64,000 bases of DNA from Octopus vulgaris. Its lineage: Eukaryota. The stretch lies in assembly GCA_951406725.2 (NCBI GenBank), contig OX597819.1, positions 104,408,001 through 104,472,000 of the forward strand, given 5' to 3'. Of this stretch, positions 54,250 through 64,000 are shown in pieces. Under the pieces are notes generated by a model that made no database searches, was not told the origin of the DNA, and saw only the letters and a program-made list of their open reading frames with translations. Both the position numbers and the translations under genes were made by a program. The first letter of the stretch is position 1. Each line of letters begins with the position of its first letter.

Positions 54250-55889
54250 TGCATGTATGTATTTATATTTACATACATACGTACCTACATACATATATAC
54301 ATACATACAAACATTCATACATATCGTAAGATAGTGAGGTAAACAGAAAGATATAAAAACCTCATGAGAAAAAGGAGGAAGAGAAAGAGAAGTGTAAGAG
54401 GATAGTTATATGTATCTGGTGGCACAGATCGCGATGTTCCTGTCAGAATCTGCTCGAGTCATTAATTAGTTCAACTCATTAGTCAAATTGATGGATGAGT
54501 GATTCAGAAGATAGACCGATCTTTTAACGGTGACACTCTCATCTGATGAGATCAATACAATTCAGCAAATGAAAAATGGCGTTCGTTCCAGAAATCGATA
54601 GAAGAGCGTCTTTTGCTGGCAGCGTTTCCTTTGACATATCTTGGCCACCATTTTTGTTTGAAACATATATACGATTGCCGGCACCTAAAATCCTTTATTT
54701 TATTACACAGTTGTTGATAGTTGGTGTTATGAGATGGTATCAGGTGTTGTGTGGTGTCAGCCGGCTTCTGATCGTGTTGTTGAGCAGTGATTAGTTGCTG
54801 CTATTGTTGGTTTTGTTATTCACATTTATATTCCGAGTTATGAGATCAGTGAAGGCGCGTGGCTTAGTGGCTAAGTTAGGAGTACCCAGTTTATGCTGTT
54901 AAGGTGGAGGATTCACTTCCTTTTCTGGGCATCACAATGTGTCTTTTATTTCATGTTACTCTGGTATGTAATGAATACCAGCTGAGTACTTTTTCAGAAA
55001 TTCGCCTGTCAGATGACGCATCTTCGATGTTCCTGTGGATGAAGAGCGATGGAGTTGAGAGGGTGTCTATTTATGCTTATGACTACATAGTCACTTAATG
55101 CAGTTATTGAAAGCATTTTATATGTTACCAATTCATACTCACACGCGAGTGACGGTTCTCTGTACTCTAATGTACTTGTAGGTCAGTGCATACTCAGAAG
55201 ATCAATGATCAAACACAGTTCTGTCATAACCATGCTGTTCTTTTTAGTAATTTAGGACTACATTTTGAAATGTGTTTTTCTTTGCAGAAAAGAATTAGAT
55301 AGGCGCAAGAATGGCTGTGCCGTCAATTCACTGTGAAAAGTTAAAGTGTACAGAGTGGGTCACGCCGAGTTGCATACGAAAAGCATAGAGCAATGGAAAA
55401 TGATTGTTGTAAACCAAGAAATCCTAATTCTTTAAAATTACATCCTTATTGATACGAGAAATAAAATCATTTTAAAGACTAATTCTGGTTAAGAAAGGAA
55501 GGGGAGATAAACTTGGAATTTTAATTGATAGAAAGTAGTTGGTTGTGAGTTCGATGTTTGATAGTATGATAAGAACTCTTAAGCTGTGTTTATGAAATAA
55601 TTACGTAGAAACTGTCTTTATCTTATCATCAACTGCATAGGTGGTATGTACAATCCTTGTTTACTTAATTACCACAGAGGCTGTCAATCTGATTCGCATT
55701 CAGAGACTTTATAGCCGTCTATACCTAGTCACTAAGTGTGAGCCGTGCATATAGCAATGATAGCGAACCTACGATACTGCTGTCATCAGTGACACGCACC
55801 AGGTTTTCACGTGAAATAAAATGGACTTCGTAAAAGAAAAAATATCTCCCGACAAAATCATGTTATAAGATACTTAGCTCTAAACATTT

Positions 55890-56910
55890 ACCTAAAACTA
55901 AAATACATTTAAATGACAATCTAATAACCGGATTATTAAGGAAATTAAAGGTTTGACATATGTTAGATGAGTTCGCCTGTTTGCCATCAACGTCCATGAA
56001 GATGCTATCGACAGACAGTCTATATCGTTATTATCTACATACTGTACCATTCATAAGATACTATTTCCACACTGTGTCTATAGAATTATTATTTAAAGCT
56101 CTCTATATATATGACATCTGCAAACTGTATCTATATAGTTACCACATGCACATTTTCTATATTGTCACTGTTATTAAACTGATTGTTTAGTTACTGTGCA
56201 GAAACTGTGTCTATATAGTTATCTGAAACTAAAATATATGTGACACTCTACATACAGTATTATTAAAGAAATTAAAATTTAGCTATGACATATCAAAAAA
56301 GGTCGCCTTGACTCTATATGTATTAGTCAAGGCGACATATAGTTACCATCTACAAACTGAATCTATATAATTTCACTTCACAGACTTTCTCTGTAGTTAA
56401 CATCTACGCACTGCTATAATGTTACCATCTGGAAACTAAATATTTGTAGCCATGATTTTCCTGACTGTGACAATCAGACTTTGCTCGATCTCTCGTTGTC
56501 TTTACATTATATACGCAAGCCGTAATTCTCTACGTATAAGCTACAGTCTTGATACAGTTGGGTAGATCGAGTTACTTCTGGAAAGTTATGCATTTGGATT
56601 AACCATCCTCACAGTGTATAATTGTTTTGTAGTTATTAACTAGATGCTTTGCAACAGTATTTGTTTAGTCATTACCTTGAAGACTTGTATCTATGCATGA
56701 TCTAGTTATTACCTAGGCACTGGTAGTTGGGCTTCGTGTAGTTATTAGCCAGAGGTTGTGTAATTGTGTTTGTTCCGTTATTATCTAGAGGCTTTGTATC
56801 GTATAAGTCCAATTAATATCTACAGATGAAATAGCTCTATGTCAATCGATCACTTAAAAGCCATATATATCTTTGATAGCCAAAGGTTATATGTCTTGTT
56901 ATTACCCTGA
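55890..56910. repeat. Degenerate minisatellite (~28-36-bp units, tagttaccatctaca.. / tagttattacctagagg..)
   Basis: Recurrent tagtta(c/t) and tctata motifs at a near-regular interval; the pattern resumes at ~57121 and ~58320-58490. Confidence 0.55.
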
Positions 56911-56911
56911 C

Positions 56912-57120
56912 GATGCAGAGCTTGTAGAATAGTTGGCACGCCACATTTAATGCTTGGCATCCTTCCGCCCGAATTTGCGTTGAGTTCAAATTCCGACGAG
57001 GTCGAATTTGCCTTTCATCCTTTCGGGGTCAAAAGAATAAGTATCAGTTGGACACTAGGGTCGATGTGATCGACATACCCTTCCTACAAAATTGCAGACC
57101 TTCTGCCAAAAGTTGAAACC
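56912..57120 (+). mobile_element. Meta-core SINE
   Basis: gagttcaaattccgacgaggtcgaatttgcctttcatcctttcggggtc. Confidence 0.8.
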
Positions 57121-57165
57121 GTTATTACCTAGAGGCAGTGTATGTATGTATGTACGTATGTATGT

Positions 57166-57755
57166 CATTATTCAGTTTATTTCAAAATTTCTTGCTAATC
57201 GAGACAGAACCGGTTTCTAACCTAGATCCAAGTCTCCTTCATTGGAATTTCAACATCAACAAGTTATTTTTGTAAGTGTGTATGTATGTATGTGAGTGCA
57301 GATTTGTATGCTTTAAGTATGTATTCTCATGCATATAGATGCATATCTAGACATGCTCATATATATTTAAATGATAAACTTCTGGAAAGTTTTACAGATT
57401 TTTACACTTCCAGTGATGGATAGGATCTGTAGTCCTTGAATTAGCTTTCTCCTTTCTGTTTTTGAGAAACCTAATTTCTCAAGATTGGTATTTAGGCAGT
57501 GTGTTACATATCCTAGGGCCCCAATAATTACAGGTATAAATCTGAACTTGTAATCTGGATAGAGTAACTGCTGATTTCTCAATAGTTCAGCATAGGTATT
57601 GTGTTTTTTCACTGATCTTCAGCTATATATTAACATCCGATGGACAGCTAATTTCCACAACCCTGCACAGTTTCTCTTCTTTATGCCAAATCATTATATC
57701 AGGTCTGTTGTGCTTATATTTTATTGAGGTCTTCACTGGTACATTTCACCACTAT
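57166..57755 (-). mobile_element. Divergent RLE element (family G), 5'-truncated, in (CATA)n/(TA)n context
   Basis: HNRPDIMIWHKEEKLCRVVEISCP, FIPVIIGALG, GSVKICKTF; stop at 57367. Confidence 0.8.
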
Positions 57756-57765
57756 ATAAGTGTGT

Positions 57766-57820
<55 letters not shown>

Positions 57821-57980
57821 TCTACATTTATATATATGTATACATACACACACACTCACACATACACATACATACATACATACATACATACATACATACA
57901 TACATACATACATACATACATACATGCATGCATACATACATATATACATACATACATACATACATACATACATACATACA

Positions 57981-58016
<36 letters not shown>

Positions 58017-58079
58017 TGATTGACCGCTAGCTCCAAAAGTTGTTTTTTTTATTCTCTCTCTGTTTATTTCCTCGTGTTC

Positions 58080-58115
58080 CTTTCTGTTGAAGAGCGTAGG
58101 CTCGAAACGTAAAAG
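58080..58115 (+). ncRNA. Minimal hammerhead-ribozyme-like motif (Penelope pLTR type)
   Basis: CTTT-CTGTTGA-A-GAGC(GTAG)GCTC-GAA-ACGT-A-AAAG; the core deviates at A6. Confidence 0.45.
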
Positions 58116-58230
58116 ACGGTCTCACCTTCCTGAGCGTTAAGCTCATACACCTGTTTGTTGTTTATACACTGGTCTTCGTCTTTTGTTTTTCTCTAAATTT
58201 CAACAATATATATATACACACACACACATG

Positions 58231-58264
<34 letters not shown>

Positions 58265-59371
58265 CATATGTGCGTGCGTGTTTGTGTCTGTGGGAATGAG
58301 AAGTTATCACAAAGACACTGTAGAGTATATGTCTAGTCATTGCCCAGACGCTATGTAGTCATGTTAGTGTCGTTAAGAACCATATACCGTGTGTTACCCT
58401 ACATGCCCACCAACCACCTAAAGGCCAGATTTATCTAGTTACCGCATAGACGTTATATATATCTAGTTAACATATGCAAGCAGTGTCTTTTCTTCTTCAG
58501 CGATTTTTTTGTATGTTGTAAGTGCAAATCAAATTTGAAAAATATACCCCATGTAATGTTTGTTATGTCATGGTTCATTTGTTCATTTATATTTTAATGT
58601 ATTTTATTTAGATTTCTGGTCTGATATTGTACAACTAAACAAGATTCCACAGTTGATAATGCAATAGTAAAATCAGTTATCTTCATACGAACTTTCTTTC
58701 AAGTAGTAGCGTTCTATCAAAGTGCTTGTACTTCTCAAACAATACTTACGTGCGTGTAGAAGCGCGTTTATGTATGTATGTATGTATGTATGTATGTATG
58801 TATGTATGCGCGTGTGCATGTGTGTGCAGAGGGGCGTATGTATGCGTGTATGTATGTATGTATGTATGTATGTATGTATGTATGTATGTATGTATGTATG
58901 CATGCATGCATGTATATATGCATGCATGTATGTATACGATCCTATATATGCTTATATGTAAATTATGTACTTATGCATGAATGTTTGTAAATAGGTAATG
59001 TTTGCTTCTTTGTGTGTGTAAGTACGTATTTCAAATTACTTACACTGACACACACACACACACACGCACACACACACACACACACACACATATATGTATA
59101 TATATCTTTGTATACGTAATCAAGAATTTGCGTCCATGCGGCCATAGCCCATACATTAATACATACATACATACATACATACATACATACATACATACAT
59201 ACATACATGCATACATACATATATAACATATATGTGTATATATGTATATATATCTATATATGTTTGTATGTATGGATATATGTATATATATACCCCCACA
59301 CATACACATATATATATATACATATATACATTATATATATATGCGTGAGTTTATATATATATAAACATGCG

Positions 59372-59421
<50 letters not shown>

Positions 59422-60004
59422 ATGCATATATAATACATATATAAATATATACACGTAAGTATGCTTGTATACACTCACTTACATATGTATATATATATTT
59501 GCATGTATGCACACACACACACACACAGAAACATATACACGCGTACACACACATGCATATGTACATGTTGGTTATATTCCTCAGAGCCACACACTTCTAA
59601 ACAAAATCAGCCTTCTGTTCAGCGAGCTATATAATCCTATTATTTACTGTAATGATATCTGATCATTATACAAACAGCAGCAAAACGCCGACTGATCTCT
59701 CGTGGTAACATTCATAATAACATTTCTATAATAGGTTTTCACTTGATATCCTTCAGGTATAACTGCCATGGAGATCAAATGAAGCCAGCAGTGGATTATA
59801 TCAAATTTCTCTCAAATAATCAATCGGTCAGGAAATGGCTTGCAGGATATCAAACAGGAAAACACAAGATTCTTAATGAAGATGTCTTCGGTGGAAACTA
59901 TCTTGTTGTGTGTTTCCTTGCTGTCCGTGTAAAGCTAAGTTGGTTTGGTTTACGAGGCTTGAGGTGATCTTGCATCACTATATATCCATAACGAGACGGT
60001 GGAT

Positions 60005-60040
<36 letters not shown>

Positions 60041-60469
60041 CTCTTTTTCTAACTCTCCTTCTATCTCTCTCTCATTGTTCACGGTCTTTGTATCTGACTC
60101 TCTCTTTGTATATAGGTATATGTGGTGTATATGGACTAATGTATGTATGTATGTATGTATGTATGTATGTATGTATGTATGTATGTATGTATGTATGTAT
60201 GTGTGTATGTATGTATGTGTTTCTGTGTGTGTGTGTACGTGTGTGTGAAATATATGTATATACGTATATAATATATAAATGCATATGTATGTATAAACAT
60301 ATACATGAATGTATATATCTATTTATACATTATATTTCGTGTTTATACGCTCTTAAATACATGTGCATATATATATATATACATATATGTGTGTGTGTGT
60401 ATGTGTGTGTGAGTGTGTGTGTGTATGTGTAAATATATATGTATATATATATCAATATATATATGTATA

Positions 60470-60521
<52 letters not shown>

Positions 60522-60687
60522 CATAGCTATCTTTAGTATGCGCATACAAAAGCTCACACACATACGAATACACAGAGATATACGTGAATAAACGTACAGA
60601 TACAAATGTACGTAAAGCCATACATACATGCACGTAAGTGCACATGTCGGGAGTTATGTGGGTGTATATATATGAATGGAATGCATA

Positions 60688-60723
<36 letters not shown>

Positions 60724-60977
60724 GGTAAGTATGTATGCATGTGTTTGTATATGTGTGGGCATGTCTGTGCATGTGTGATGCGATCTTCGTCGATCGACGA
60801 CGAAGATTCAGTTGATCGATTAATTCAATTACCTGTTCCCGAATTAGGGTGTATATGGCTGAGCATTCCATAAACACCTGTACTCCTAAAGAAATTCTCA
60901 GGAAAAAACAGCCTGAGACAGTGTCTGATCGGGCTCTAGGTTTCCAATTACATGTGTAGTCTAGCCTGCGGTCTTCA

Positions 60978-61130
60978 ATAGCCTTTCCTGTCTACACGTA
61001 TTCACTCACAAGTTATGGGGAGACCCAAGGCTATAGAAAATAACATTTGCCCACTACGCATCGCTGTGGGATCGAAACCATAATCTTGTAGTCATGAAGT
61101 AAACTTCTTAGCTTTTCGGTCAAGCAGCAA
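60978..61130 (-). mobile_element. Degraded CORE-like SINE
   Basis: ttcactcacaag..ggctatagaaaataacatttgccc..gtgggatcgaaacc. Confidence 0.55.
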
Positions 61131-61184
61131 CTACAAGCTAAACACTTTGTACGTATATGATAGATATGTAAATACACACATTGG

Positions 61185-61805
61185 CACACACGCACACACA
61201 TACACACACGTACACGCACACGCACATAAACGTTTACACACACACACACACATATAAATATATACAAACGTATGTGTGTATATAGTATATATATATGTGT
61301 ATATATATGTGTGTATATATATATGTTTGTATATATATATATATATGTATATGTATAAATATATATATATGTATGTGTACATATACGTGTATATATAAGT
61401 GCATGTATATATGTATATATATGTATATGGATCTATGTGTGTATATATATATGTGTGTATAAATATATGTGTATGTGTGTATGTATACACACGCACACAC
61501 ATACACACACGTACACGCACACGCACATAAACGTATACACACACACACACACATATAAATATATACAAACATATATGTGTATATAGTATATATATATATG
61601 TGTGTATATATATATATGTGTGTGTATATATATGTTTGTATATATATATGTATATGTATAAATATATATATATATGTATGTGTACATATACGTGTATATA
61701 TAAGTGCATGTATGTATGTATGTATGTATGTATATATATGTATATGTATGTATATATATATGTATATAAATATATGTGTGTATGTATACACACGCACACA
61801 CACAT
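61185..61805. repeat. ~301-bp tandem duplication of a compound microsatellite
   Basis: tacacacacgtacacgcacacgcacataaacgt at 61201 and 61502; aagtgcatg in both units. Confidence 0.8.
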
Positions 61806-62240
61806 GTATATAAAGAGAGAGAATGAGAGTCCTTGTATGACATTGTTACATCACTATAAGTGTTAGAAATGCATTTCATGTATTAGTTTGTTTCTTTGCT
61901 CCACGTAAACGTGTGTGGAATGTGTGTTTGTTCACTTGTGCGTGTGTGTTTTTTCTATGATTTGTAGGTTATGTACCTTGTTATATATTACAGATGCATA
62001 TCCATCCATCTATCTATCTATCTATCTATCTATCTATTTATCTATCTATCTATATATCTATCTATCTATCTGTCTATCTAACTGTCCCACACTTTAGCTG
62101 TATCTCTGTGTCTCCATTATTTTCTCCCCAATAGACACAGGTACACATTTACATAAGCATACGTGCATGTATAATTTATGTGTGTGTGTCTAGGTGTATG
62201 CATATGCTCGTGATTATTATATATACACATTTATGAGTAT

Positions 62241-62284
<44 letters not shown>

Positions 62285-62298
62285 CATACATACATACA

Positions 62299-62333
<35 letters not shown>

Positions 62334-62833
62334 CTCTCTATATATATACATATATACATGCATAACACGTTTGTTTTATGGGATACACATGTACATCCAT
62401 ATATAATGATATATATATGTGTGTATATATATATATGATCCCATAAATAGCTGTATTGACACCACATACTCACACACAGATATATAATAATGCTTAAATT
62501 TGCTTTATATATTTATATGTATGTATATGTTTGTGTGCGTGTATATATGTTACGTTTGTGCGTGTGTGTGTGTGTGTGTGTATGTTACGTTTGGTTGTGT
62601 GTGTGCGTGTTATTTGCGTGCAAGGGAAATGCCTGCCTTATATTTGTGTGCGCATGCGCATCCGGCATATCGTGGTGAGACACACATTGGGGAGTAGCAT
62701 GAATCTATTACAGTGCTGTGAGCCAACCTACTCATTCTTTAATGCTCAACCCCTTTCTCACTCTTCCCTGTTTCCAATCAATCTCTCTCACTCTCCTTCT
62801 CTCTATCTCTATTTCCCTCCATCCTTTCCCCTC

Positions 62834-62876
<43 letters not shown>

Positions 62877-63413
62877 ATTACGACACCTTTATTCATTCAC
62901 CCATATTCTCTTCTTTTCCTCCTCTTCGTCCTTTTTTTTACTGTTGTCCACTCTGCGATAATTGAATTCTTGTCTGTATAGCAATGGCCCACAGGCCTAT
63001 CATTTGTTTATTGTTATTACCGATGTTGTTGTTGTTGCAGTTGTTGTTCTTATTGTTGATGATGAATAAGACCGGAACTAATGATACGAGGCGTAGATAG
63101 TGATTGTGGTGTTGGCGGTGGTTGCGGTCGCAGTAGTGGCCGTTGTGATTGTTGTTGTAGTAGTTGTTGTTACAGATTTGGGAAAATATCGGTGGGAAAG
63201 GACCAGTGGGTTGACATGGGTTTGAGGTTGAATGGCTTTAGAAATCCACAACTTAACCCTCGGTCAAACATGTACAAATGTGAGCATGCGCATATGTGGA
63301 TGGGCGTAGGTATAATTGTGCATATGTATGTGCATGAATGCAGATGTATATATATATATTTGAATGTTTGTGTGTGAGTATGTGTGAATATATGTGTGTA
63401 TGTATGTGCATGC

Positions 63414-63477
<64 letters not shown>

Positions 63478-64000
63478 ATGTGAGTGTATTGCAATTGTCC
63501 ACTGTATAGAAAAGATTACTGGTCGGCCAGCAGTAAGCAGCGAACATATTGGTGTAGTTGGAAAACTTAAAAGACCCTCGTTGTGAACACCAATGCTTTC
63601 AGTAAAGAAGGTTGTGAAATGGAAGTTGTATTACTATTACTAATAACTATTGTAGTATAACCTGTATTACCAGTAATAGTAGAATCTATAGGAGTAGTAG
63701 TAGTTATAGAAATATATGACGAAGGTTATTAAAAATGCGACAAATTTCTTAAAAAGTGAGATATTTCCTTAACAAATTAGCACAGTGACAAAAATGTCTG
63801 ATTGGTCGACATGTCCTTAAATTTTTTATCAGCTGCACTTCACTGATACTGTTTTTTTGTTTTTTTTTTTATTTCGGGTCCTATCTAAATCGAATGTGCG
63901 AATCACAGATTTTAAAGTTGTGAAACTGACAAGTTTATTTTGTGAACGCTCTTAAAATTTCGACAACCAATGTTCTAACAAAAACTCTATCTAGATGAGA

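Noticed and set aside
54543-54585. CTGATGAG...GAAA hammerhead look-alike
   Set aside because: Stems II and III cannot form.
59743-59967. Possible host exon after ccttcag (YNCHGDQMKPAVDYIKF..)
   Set aside because: No recognisable domain, weak donor site and no partner exons; RNA-seq would be needed.

Overview
Repeat-saturated, AT-rich animal DNA, intergenic or intronic. I infer an Octopus/coleoid cephalopod source from the SINE types and microsatellite density. No host gene can be supported, and most ORFs in the supplied track are microsatellite artefacts. The window holds nine RLE (R4/Dong-like) non-LTR retrotransposon copies from about seven distinct families, two of them near full-length. 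All nine lie on the minus strand and eight abut (TTA)n arrays. It also holds four copies of a ~557-bp non-coding element with the same TAA-target polarity, about 20 tRNA-type SINEs with a Meta/MESC-like core, CORE-like SINEs, four Tx1/L1-like ORF2 remnants, an ORF1-only (HAL1-like) element, and a minimal hammerhead-like motif. The most interesting signal is an apparent microsatellite landing-pad system: SINE (ATT)n tails appear to seed oriented targets, which several Dong-like families and the ~557-bp non-autonomous element then colonise head-to-tail.
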